45,875 nucleotides of DNA from Synechococcus sp. (GCA_051439425.1 JBFRWD010000020.1:1-45875), one strand, 5' to 3'. Positions 33,707 to 42,681 are shown, counted from the stretch's first letter. Program-made: numbers and translations. The notes: generated from the sequence alone by a model not told the origin.

Positions 33707-34597
33707 ATGGACGTAACCGCCACCACATCTGTTGGCTCTCCCCAATCTGCCGGATTTCCTCAATCTGTCGGCTCTTCCACATCTGTCGGCTCTTCTGAGG
33801 CAGAAGAGCAGGCTTTAGTGCGCCCCTCCAAGAACTTTAAAAAACTGCAGGCACGCCTGCGGGGATTGGTGGGGAAGGCCAGCGTCGATTACGGCATGTT
33901 GGAAAAGGGCGATCGCGTCATGGTTTGTCTGTCGGGAGGCAAAGACTCGTATACGATGCTTGACTTGCTGCTCAGCTTGCAGCGACGGGCTCCGGTCAAC
34001 TTCGAGCTACTGGCGGTCAATCTCGATCAAAAGCAACCGGGATTTCCGACAGATGTACTGCCAAATTATTTAGAACAGCTGGGGGTGTCTTACCGGATTG
34101 TGGAGGAGGACACTTACAGTACTGTGGTGCGGGTAGTGCCTGAAGGCAAGACGATGTGCGGGCTGTGTTCTCGCCTGCGACGAGGTATTTTGTATCGGGT
34201 GGCGAGTGAAGAAGGGGCAACGAAAATCGCCCTCGGTCACCATAGAGACGACATTGTCGAGACTCTATTTCTCAACATGTTCCACGGTGGGCGACTGAAG
34301 GCAATGCCTCCCAAACTGCGCAGCGATGATGGTCAGAACGTGGTGATTCGTCCGCTGGCGTACTGCTCTGAGAAAGAGATTGAAAAGTATGCGCGAGCCA
34401 GAAATTTCCCCATTATTCCCTGCAATCTATGTGGTTCGCAGGAGAATTTGCAGCGCGGCTTAATCAAGCAGATGTTGCAGGACTGGGAGCGAGAACACCC
34501 CGGTCGGATTGACAGTATTTTTCGCAGCATTCAAAACGTATCGCCGTCACAACTAGGCGATCGCGAGCTGTTCGACTTTGTGGGGTTGTCTAGGTAG
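33707..34597 (+). CDS. ttcA: tRNA 2-thiocytidine(32) synthetase
   Basis: SGGKDS PP-loop, [31 protein letters not shown] and [12 protein letters not shown]. Confidence 0.95.
   Translation: MDVTATTSVGSPQSAGFPQSVGSSTSVGSSEAEEQALVRPSKNFKKLQARLRGLVGKASVDYGMLEKGDRVMVCLSGGKDSYTMLDLLLSLQRRAPVNFELLAVNLDQKQPGFPTDVLPNYLEQLGVSYRIVEEDTYSTVVRVVPEGKTMCGLCSRLRRGILYRVASEEGATKIALGHHRDDIVETLFLNMFHGGRLKAMPPKLRSDDGQNVVIRPLAYCSEKEIEKYARARNFPIIPCNLCGSQENLQRGLIKQMLQDWEREHPGRIDSIFRSIQNVSPSQLGDRELFDFVGLSR
33727..33796. repeat. Intragenic 18-bp degenerate tandem repeat (about 4 units)
   Basis: ATCTGTYGGCTCTYCCMC-type units encoding [23 protein letters not shown] at the TtcA N-terminus. Confidence 0.75.
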
Positions 34598-34622
34598 ACA
34601 AGCGAATAAGCATCTTGAAGAC

Positions 34623-35492
34623 TCAAGCTGGTCGGGTAACTTTGGGCCAATGCTTGAGCACCATCTGCGAGGCTGCTTCCAACCGAGAGAAATCCAGATC
34701 CACATCCATCCCCCATGACTGGCTGCTGGAATGCATCCCCATGACCAGTTTTTCAAGGTCGGTGTTGCCTCCTGCAGGGCCAACCCCCGCCAGCGTACCT
34801 TCCAACTGACGGGCCCCCGCATTCAAGGCAGCCAACGCATTGTCTACCGCCCACCCTTCGCCGTTATGGCAGTGGGCAGCCAGAATCGTTGTGGGCATGG
34901 GAACCCGATCGCATAGGTCAGAGAGGAGGCGGGCGAATTCATCGGGGGCAGCGCTGCCTTGAGTATCGGCAATGCAAATGGTGGATGCTCCAGCCGCGAT
35001 CGCCGTTTCTACAGCACGCACCACCGTATCAAAGTCGCTGTCGGTGGCGTTCATCGCCGTCCACTGCACGTCATCGGTCAACTGACGAGCCGCCTGCACA
35101 GAGTCTTTGACTAAACCAATCGTCCGCTCTAAGTCTTCTGGACGTTTGAGCTGAGTGGAGCAGAAGGTATGGATGCGAAATGGCGGCAAACTGGGGGCAG
35201 CTGATTGCGAACGCCCTGCGGTAATGGCTGCGGCTACTTGTTTGATGTCAGACTGACGGGCACCGGCCAAACCGCACACGGTGGCCTTTGATAGCACTTC
35301 AGCGATTGCTGTTAGCCCCTGCAAATCTCCTTTTCCGTCAATCCAAAATCCGGCTTCAATCACGTCCACGCCCGCTCGCTCCAATAAAATGGCGAGTTCG
35401 ACACGCTGTGCGATCGCTAAATCGCGCTTGCCCTGCAAACCATCGCGCAATGTGGAATCAAACAAACGAATGCGATCGAGCAGTAGGGGCAT
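34623..35492 (-). CDS. Short LeuA-like DRE-TIM metallolyase (catalytic barrel only)
   Basis: Motifs FDSTLRDGLQG, GVDVIEAGF, ICIADTQG, HCHNGEG and GVGPAGGNTDLE. 289 aa, no regulatory domain. Confidence 0.8.
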   Translation of the reverse strand: MPLLLDRIRLFDSTLRDGLQGKRDLAIAQRVELAILLERAGVDVIEAGFWIDGKGDLQGLTAIAEVLSKATVCGLAGARQSDIKQVAAAITAGRSQSAAPSLPPFRIHTFCSTQLKRPEDLERTIGLVKDSVQAARQLTDDVQWTAMNATDSDFDTVVRAVETAIAAGASTICIADTQGSAAPDEFARLLSDLCDRVPMPTTILAAHCHNGEGWAVDNALAALNAGARQLEGTLAGVGPAGGNTDLEKLVMGMHSSSQSWGMDVDLDFSRLEAASQMVLKHWPKVTRPA

Positions 35493-35919
35493 GGCGGCAG
35501 CTCGGCTGTGTTGCTATCAAACTTGTATCAAACTTAGTCGAAATCGGAATGGCGATCTCCGATATTTTCATGAACAAGCTATCTACGCATGAGACTTAAA
35601 TAACCCTATTTTTTTGTGCCGCAATCTTGCATGACGGATCTGCAATCAATCAATAGCTTGATGAACAAACCCAGGCCAGATATGTACCATTTGAAACACT
35701 GATTTGGGCACGAACGTTCTGTTTGTGATGGAGTCAACATATTTCTTTGCAAAATACGTAAAACTATCGGGCTCGATGCTCGATTTTCAATAGAGTGTGA
35801 TACTTATCATTCAGGTAGAGCTGACATCATTCGGCCTAGACCCGTAAGGACAAATCGTGTTCCCTGTTGGGCGGGATGTTTTAGATCCGCTCGAATGTAT
35901 CGTATGTATTCGGTGTCTT

Positions 35920-37584
35920 ATGCTATTTATCAATCAGCCCTCGATGGCAGTACTCGATCCAGGTTTATTGAAGCCTCCCCTTCTCGTGGCCCAGGCGGAC
36001 CCAGGCGGGGCGATCGGGCAATTCTTTAGTGGCATTACGTCTCAGCTAGGTACGTTTTTGCCCAATTTGTTTGGTGCTCTTTTAATCTTAGTTGTCGGTT
36101 TGTTTGTTGCAAAAGTTGCATCTACGGCGGCTAGGCAATTACTCAACCGAACGGAATTGGACGATCGCATTTATCGGATGTTTACCGGTAAATCGTTGGA
36201 GTCTGACCCGGCATCTGAAAAGTGGGCCGGAACTGTCGTCTTTGTAGTGATCTTAGTTTTTGTGTTGGTGGCATTTTTCAATGCCCTTCAGCTCAGCGTT
36301 GTTTCCCAACCCTTAGACGACTTTCTCAGCGTAATTTTGAGTTACCTGCCCCAGTTCTTGTCGGCAGCAGGCTTAGGTTTACTGGCATGGTTGTTGGCAA
36401 CTGGCTGCAAGATGCTGGTAACCAGACTGATGCAGCCCATGAATCTGGAAGGACGACTCTCGTTTTTGGGCGAAGAAGAAGAGGAAGGCTCTTCAGCTTC
36501 TAATGTCATTAGCGAAGCTTCTGGAACCATCATTTACTGGTTCATCTGGTTGTTCTTCTTGCCCTTAATCTTAGGGGTTCTGGAGTTGGGTGGGGTTCTC
36601 GACCCCGTTCAAAACTTACTCGATAGCGTTCTAAGTGCGCTGCCTAAGATATTAACGGCCGGTATTGTCCTGGCTGTTGGCTGGTTGGTTGCAACACTTG
36701 TGCGCAAAATCTTGGTAGGGTTCCTGCGTTCCGTGGGCACCGACCATATTGGAGCAAAAGTTGGCTTACGAGAGACTGGGGAAGAGGGCACCAAACTTTC
36801 AGACTTGTTGGGATTGCTGGCGTTTGTCCTAATTCTGATCCCGATCATTGTTGCCGCTTTGGAGGAAATGGCCATTGAAGCTATTTCCGCACCTGCGATT
36901 TCAATGCTGAATCAGTTCATGACCGCTTTGCCCCAGGTTTTTACTGCGGCAGGCGTCCTCGTCGTATTTTTTGTCCTCGGTCGTTTTCTGTCCGAAATCG
37001 TGACCGATTTGCTCAGTGGATTTGGTTTTGACGACATCTTAGTTTGGTTGGGACTCTCTAGCGTATCCAGTGCCAATCCAGCATTACCGGGCGATTCTGC
37101 CGAGGCTGAATCTGCAGAGGGATCGCCCAAGCTCCCCATGCAAACTCCGTCCGAAATTGTCGGCACCATTGTGTTGGTGCTGGTCATGATGTTTGCCGCT
37201 GTTGTTGCCTCTGAGGTTCTCGCTCTCGCTAATGTTACTGAAGTCGCCCGTGCAATCCTACGGGTGTTTGCTCGTATTCTGAGCGGCGTCTTGATTTTTG
37301 GGGTGGGTTTGTATCTGGCAAACTTTGCATCCACTCTGCTATCCAGCACAGGTACCGGTCAGGCTCGGATTATGGGGCAAGTTGCGAAGATTGCAATTAT
37401 TGTGCTTGTTTCAGCTATGGCCTTACAGCAGGTGGGAGTTGCTGAAACGATTGTGATTCGGGCCTTTACCCTATTCTTAGGAGCTTTCGCCGTCGCCGTT
37501 GCGATCGCTTTCGGTTGGGGGGGTCGCGATATTGCCGCAGAAAAGATCCGCCGTTGGTGGGATGAGTTCGATCGCCAAAACTAG
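35920..37584 (+). CDS. Mechanosensitive channel-related membrane protein with repeated TM-helix units (CmpX-like)
   Basis: Repeated LP.L..A..IL..G units and C-terminal AVAVAIAFGWGGRDIA. Start uncertain (35857, 35920 or 35944). Confidence 0.8.
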   Translation: MLFINQPSMAVLDPGLLKPPLLVAQADPGGAIGQFFSGITSQLGTFLPNLFGALLILVVGLFVAKVASTAARQLLNRTELDDRIYRMFTGKSLESDPASEKWAGTVVFVVILVFVLVAFFNALQLSVVSQPLDDFLSVILSYLPQFLSAAGLGLLAWLLATGCKMLVTRLMQPMNLEGRLSFLGEEEEEGSSASNVISEASGTIIYWFIWLFFLPLILGVLELGGVLDPVQNLLDSVLSALPKILTAGIVLAVGWLVATLVRKILVGFLRSVGTDHIGAKVGLRETGEEGTKLSDLLGLLAFVLILIPIIVAALEEMAIEAISAPAISMLNQFMTALPQVFTAAGVLVVFFVLGRFLSEIVTDLLSGFGFDDILVWLGLSSVSSANPALPGDSAEAESAEGSPKLPMQTPSEIVGTIVLVLVMMFAAVVASEVLALANVTEVARAILRVFARILSGVLIFGVGLYLANFASTLLSSTGTGQARIMGQVAKIAIIVLVSAMALQQVGVAETIVIRAFTLFLGAFAVAVAIAFGWGGRDIAAEKIRRWWDEFDRQN

Positions 37585-37766
37585 AGTCAGCTTGTCCGAT
37601 TGAGACCGTATGGAGCGGGAGGTAAGAGAAGCAGGTACGGGAAACACTCCCTGCCCAAGCCATTGGCTTCTACCTTAGCTCCCCAACAATGAATCCTTAT
37701 GTCATGCTGGTAAGACATTCTTACCAGCTTTTTTTCAGGATCTTTGCACCCTCTGGATTGCGCCCT

Positions 37767-38396
37767 ATGTCTATTTTCAATGCCATTCCCACAGTGATTG
37801 AGGAGTCTAGCCGCGGGGAAAAAGCGTTTGATATCTATTCTCGTCTGCTGCGCGATCGCATCATCTTTCTTGGCAAAGGCATCGACGACGAGGTAGCCAA
37901 TCTGGCGATCGCCCAAATGCTTTTCTTAGAAGCAGAAGATCCCGAGAAAGACATCTATATGTACATCAACAGTCCGGGGGGATCGGTATATGCCGGACTG
38001 GGAATTTTCGACACGATGGAGCACGTGCAGCCGGATGTTTGCACGGTTTGTATGGGGTTGGCTGCCAGTATGGGCGCGTTTTTGCTCAATGCCGGTGCTC
38101 CTGGAAAGCGGATGGCTCTGCCCAATGCTCGTATCATGATTCACCAGCCCCTGGGGGGGGCGCAGGGGCAAGCCACCGATGTGGAGATTCAAGCGCGGGA
38201 AACCTTATTTGTGAAACAGCAGCTCAATGGAATCATGGCTGAGCGCACCGGCCAACCCTTAGACAAGATCGAGAAGGATACCGACCGCGATTTCTTTATG
38301 TCTCCGTTTGAGGCTAAAGAGTACGGCCTAATTGATTCTGTGATTGAAAAGCGGATTCTACTGCCTTCCGATAAGCGTCCAACCACAGATGGCTAA
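37767..38396 (+). CDS. clpP: ATP-dependent Clp protease proteolytic subunit
   Basis: ATG at 37767. Motifs [28 protein letters not shown] (catalytic Ser), MIHQPLGG and DRDFFMS. Confidence 0.97.
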   Translation: MSIFNAIPTVIEESSRGEKAFDIYSRLLRDRIIFLGKGIDDEVANLAIAQMLFLEAEDPEKDIYMYINSPGGSVYAGLGIFDTMEHVQPDVCTVCMGLAASMGAFLLNAGAPGKRMALPNARIMIHQPLGGAQGQATDVEIQARETLFVKQQLNGIMAERTGQPLDKIEKDTDRDFFMSPFEAKEYGLIDSVIEKRILLPSDKRPTTDG

Positions 38397-38462
38397 TCCA
38401 TTCGTCCAGTAGTTCCCTGTTAAGTTTGCGGCTACCGAGATAGCAGAGCTGCTCAATTCTGC

Positions 38463-40010
38463 CTACGAATCTTCGGGGTCACAGACGACGCGGAAACCGA
38501 TGAAGTAATCGCAGCCGTCGTATTTGCAGCCAATGCGATAGGACGAACGACAAATGCTGGGTTCGCTATCCCAAGAGCCTCCGCGTAGCACGCGCGTGTC
38601 GTCGAACTCACCTTCCACCCATGGTTTGCTTGTATCGGGGGCGCCGTCGTAGGAGTTGTGCCAGTAATCCGTGCACCATTCCCATACGTTGCCGTGCATA
38701 TCGTAGAGGCCATATCCGTTTGCAGGATAGTTGCCCACATCTGTGGTTTGGTTGTGGGTATCTAGGGTGTTGGCGGTTTCGGGAGAGATGTCGTCTCCAA
38801 AATGATAGGGAGTTTTGGTCCCAGAACGGCAGGCATATTCCCACTCAGCTTCGGACGGAAGGCGGAAGCTCCACCCCGAGTATTGGGTGAGGCGATCACA
38901 AAATTCCTGGGCCTGCTCGAAGGTAACGCTCTCTACCGGGCGGTTGTCCCCATTAAAACCAGAGGGGGAAAGACTGAGGTCATGGTTAACGCGGGGCCAG
39001 CGAGCCACCATTCTCCATTGGGACTGGGTTACGGGATAGGACGCGATCGCAAAGGGAGAGACTTTGACCTCATGCTGGGGGCGTTCGTCGTTGTCGCTAC
39101 CCTGCTCGTCGGTGGGGGCACCCATGACGAATGAACCCGCAGGGATATTGCGCATTTCTATATGGGTGCTGTCCCCCAAGTGCACGACAATGCCTTGATG
39201 GAGTTCGGTGATTGTGGGCTGCGGATGGTCGATCCGCTGCTCCGCTTTGATGTCGCTGTCAGAGTAGTCGCTGTCAGAATAGTTGCTGAGGTCATCTTCT
39301 ATTTCGCTGTAGCCATCTTGGATGTCATTGGCTTCGACATCATTGGCTTCGTCGTCATTAGCCTCATAGTATTCAGCTTCGTAATAGTCGACTTCGTCCT
39401 GGACGACTTCGCCATTGGCATCGCTGAGGTTGTCAACGTTAAGTTCGCGAGCATCGATGTATTCGACATCAGCGTCAGGGGCTGCAACGTACTCTTCGCT
39501 GGAGGCTGCTTGAGCGAGATGATAGCCTTCGGGGTCGAAACTGGGGGATGGCTCGTCATCGGGATAGGCCAGGGTGGGACGGGCGATCGCAAAGTCTGGC
39601 TTGTGGGAGATGCGTTCGCGTAACTGTTGAATGGGATCTGGGCGGTATTTGCGGAAATCAACCCAAGATTGTCCCTGCATGTAAGTGGGAAGCTCGGGGC
39701 GAGTTCGGACTTCTTCTAGAATGACGGGAATGATAGGGCAGTTGAGGCGCGCAAACTCTAGCAGAAATGCTTGAATGTCCAGATCGCTCCACGGAGTACC
39801 ACCAGGGCCGACAAACACTGCCACCGACCCGACTTCTAGAAGGTGTTCGTCCAGTTCCTGTTTCCATAGTTTCCCAGGCTGCAATTCCCACTCATCCAAC
39901 CAAACGTTCAAACCGCTGGTCTTGAGCTGTTGGGCAATCTCGCTCACTTGGTTTTTGTCGTGGCTGTTGTGGCAGAGAAAGACGTCGAAAGGCCAATTGA
40001 ACTGGGACAT
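38463..40010 (-). CDS. TIR domain + acidic linker + FGE-sulfatase (SUMF1/CLec-fold) domain protein
   Basis: N-terminal TIR_2-like FDVFLCHNSHDK..VWLDEWEL. C-terminal [36 protein letters not shown] and RGGSW..GFRVV. Confidence 0.92.
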   Translation of the reverse strand: MSQFNWPFDVFLCHNSHDKNQVSEIAQQLKTSGLNVWLDEWELQPGKLWKQELDEHLLEVGSVAVFVGPGGTPWSDLDIQAFLLEFARLNCPIIPVILEEVRTRPELPTYMQGQSWVDFRKYRPDPIQQLRERISHKPDFAIARPTLAYPDDEPSPSFDPEGYHLAQAASSEEYVAAPDADVEYIDARELNVDNLSDANGEVVQDEVDYYEAEYYEANDDEANDVEANDIQDGYSEIEDDLSNYSDSDYSDSDIKAEQRIDHPQPTITELHQGIVVHLGDSTHIEMRNIPAGSFVMGAPTDEQGSDNDERPQHEVKVSPFAIASYPVTQSQWRMVARWPRVNHDLSLSPSGFNGDNRPVESVTFEQAQEFCDRLTQYSGWSFRLPSEAEWEYACRSGTKTPYHFGDDISPETANTLDTHNQTTDVGNYPANGYGLYDMHGNVWEWCTDYWHNSYDGAPDTSKPWVEGEFDDTRVLRGGSWDSEPSICRSSYRIGCKYDGCDYFIGFRVVCDPEDS

Positions 40011-40365
40011 TGGGGCTACAGATACTCGCGGACTACAGGTACTTCAGATTGCAGAGGGGGAGATCGAATGAGACAGCGATGCCGATTGCACCGTTCATTA
40101 GTGTCCCCATAGATTCTCAAGAAAACGTCAATGAATGCCGGAGAAAACACCAATCCGTATACCTGAGGTTAAGAAGATAAAAAATTAACAAGAATCATAA
40201 AAGTATCTCTGTTTGGAAGATGTGGGAAGGTTAAATTAGCACTCTCCGTCCGTATTGGGGAGAGTGCTAGTGGTGATTTATAAAAAGTCAACGCGCAGAT
40301 TTTGAGTGGCTAAATCAGCGAACTCTTGCCCTGTTTCGACGTTGGCATCTACAGGGGACAGTGTT

Positions 40366-40935
40366 TCATACGGTTTGACCTTGAATTGTTTTGCCGCGAT
40401 CGCCAGCCCAGGTGACCCAGTGATGGCTGGCGACATGGGGCACGTTGAGGAAGTTATCGGGTGTTAGCCGGGAACCCGCTAGCTTGGCTTTGTTTAAATT
40501 AGCTCCTCTCAAGTCCGCCCGACTGACGGCAGTATTCATCAACAGTGCGCCTTCCAAATTGGCCCCTTCTAGGTCTGCATCCGTTAGATTTGCTCCTCTA
40601 AAGTTACAGTTTTCCATCTGAGCACACCGCATATCGGCTTGCTGAAGGTTGGCTGCAGACAGGTTTGCGCCGGTTAGATCGGCTCCGATTAAATTGACAT
40701 CCGTCAAATTTGCGCCGAGTAGCACGGTTCCTGTCAGGTCGGCATTGGATAGGTTGGACTGGCTCAAATTGGCTCCGCTCAGGTCGGCGGAACTCAGGTC
40801 AGCGGAACTCAGGTCAGCTCGGCTAAGGTCGATTCGAGATAGGTTCATGCCGCGCAAGTCTGCGCTATGTAGGTTGGCATCGGTACAGTCTTGGATGCCC
40901 GTACAGTATTTTCTCAGTAGTTCTAGTCCTTTCAC
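40366..40935 (-). CDS. Pentapeptide repeat protein
   Basis: Many A(D/N)LxG/S repeats. Likely GTG start at 40935 (MKGLELLRKY). Confidence 0.92.
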   Translation of the reverse strand: MKGLELLRKYCTGIQDCTDANLHSADLRGMNLSRIDLSRADLSSADLSSADLSGANLSQSNLSNADLTGTVLLGANLTDVNLIGADLTGANLSAANLQQADMRCAQMENCNFRGANLTDADLEGANLEGALLMNTAVSRADLRGANLNKAKLAGSRLTPDNFLNVPHVASHHWVTWAGDRGKTIQGQTV

Positions 40936-41274
40936 GGAGTACCTCCCAAACAAGTAACGTGTGTGGGTCTGGAAGGTATGGCAATCTTGTGGTTTTCGAG
41001 AGCTGAGTATCCCTATTCAAATAATTGCAATTTCGAAATTATCGGGAGCTGGGGGGCTCAGCAATGGAGCGTGCAATGTTGGTGACTGTCTTACCTTCAA
41101 GACGATGCTATTACCATGCGGCTGGTGAGCCGAACCGTATCCTACACAGCGCGGACTCGCCATTGTCAAAGACTGGCTTTGACTGTTCGATCCTAACAAT
41201 TTTGAAAGGCAAGTGGGGACTGGGAAGAGGGCGATCGGGTTACGAAGTATTTGGATTTCGCTGAAAAAAATCGA

Positions 41275-41287
41275 AGCGCTTCGCGCT
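41275..41287 (-). promoter_or_regulatory. GC-rich hairpin with GAA triloop, a candidate DGR target-recognition element (or terminator)
   Basis: Minus strand reads AGCGC-GAA-GCGCT, about 60 nt downstream of the FGE gene stop, then TCGA and T7. Confidence 0.55.
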
Positions 41288-41349
41288 AAGAGAGTGAAAA
41301 AAGGCCGAGGGCAAAGGGCTAAAGGGCAAAAAGAGCAAAGGGGAAGAAA

Positions 41350-42597
41350 TCACGCGGGGGAACAGGCAACCCGGAACCCCATGTTGTAGCCACGGCCCTC
41401 AGGATAGTACCCCTCGCGATAGGCAGAGCAGCAGTCCCAGGGATCACCGATCCAAGAGCCACCACGCAGCACCCGTCCTTTGTCTTTTCCTTTTATCCAG
41501 GGGGTTCCCCCTGGGGGCGCGCCTTCATAATTTTTGTGCCAAACATCCGCACACCATTCCCAGACATTGCCGTGCGTGTCATACAGCCCAAAAGCATTAG
41601 TGGGAAGTCTGCCTACCTCGGTCATTCCCTTGAAGTGCTTACCAAAATTGGCCATTTCAGGTGTCAGCTCTGTGCCGAAGGAAAAGGGGGTAGTTGTTCC
41701 TGCTCGGCAGGCATACTCCCACTCGGCTTCGGAGGGTAAGCGAAAGGTGAAGTTTGTTTTGGCAGAGAGGCGATCGCAAAATTCTCGTGCCTCGTACCAA
41801 GACACTTGTTCGACCGGTCGATTCTCCCCCTGGAATTTCGATGGAGCCAGCTTTAAATCTCGATTGACTTTCGACCATCCAGCAACGGTCTTCCACTGAG
41901 CTTGAGTGACTGGATATTTCCCCATCTAGAAGTTAGAGATTATGACTTCATGTTGGGGGCTTTCGTACTCATGAGCATCCCGATCATCCTTCGGTGACCC
42001 CATCAAGAAGGTTCCACCAGGTATCGACACCAGTTCTAAAACAACGCCATTACCCAGATCGATTTTCTTTAGCTCTTGTCGATCGCTTGCTTGTTCTGCA
42101 AACGTAACTGGAGTAGCGACAACCGGAGAAGGAGTAACTGTTTCTGGTGCAGGATTGTCTATCTGTTGTGAAAACTCTGGAACTGTTCGATCGCCCGTGA
42201 TCCCGTAATACAACTGGTGCAAAGGAATCGGCTCACTCTTGCGAAAATCCACCCACGTATGGCCCCGCAAAAACAACGGCAGCCGAGGCGGATCGCCCAC
42301 CCGCTCCAGAATCACCGGAATCACCGGACATCGACGCCGCACAAACTCCCGCAAATACGCCTGAATCTCTATATCCTGCCAAGGCCCAATCCCATCCGGC
42401 CCCACAAACACCGCCGCCGCCCCAATCTCCTCAATACAGTCTTCCAACGCAGGCTGCCACGGCAACCCCGGCCGCAATTCCCACTCATCCAGCCACACCC
42501 GCAACCCCATTTGCCTGAGCTGCAGTCCAATCTCTTTCACCTGTGGCTTGTCCCTGCTGTTGTGACACAAGAACACATCAAACTGCGAATCCGGCAC
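41350..42597 (-). pseudogene. TIR + FGE-sulfatase (CLec-fold) gene interrupted by one in-frame TAG; putative DGR target
   Basis: ORFs 41926..42597 and 41350..41925 are contiguous and in frame ([15 protein letters not shown]). The stop falls inside the FGE domain. The joined product is colinear with the paralog at 38463..40010. Confidence 0.85.
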
Positions 42598-42681
42598 AGG
42601 GCGTCCTTAATGCTTTAGAGCTAATGGTAAGGGGTGGGGAAGAGAAGGGGGAGAGGAATAGCTGATGGTGGAAGAGGTTTG

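Noticed and set aside
38400..38600. Second TIR-FGE gene as an active DGR target
   Set aside because: Scaffold codons differ synonymously from the other paralog, and no pyrimidine tract or GRA-loop hairpin follows its stop. It is more likely a non-diversified paralog.
40960..41270. Searched for a DGR template repeat, Avd or RT next to the VR-like gene
   Set aside because: No AAC-rich copy of the VR and no RT motif ORF was seen here or elsewhere in the window. The short ORFs 41017..41199 and 41025..41264 have no recognisable features.
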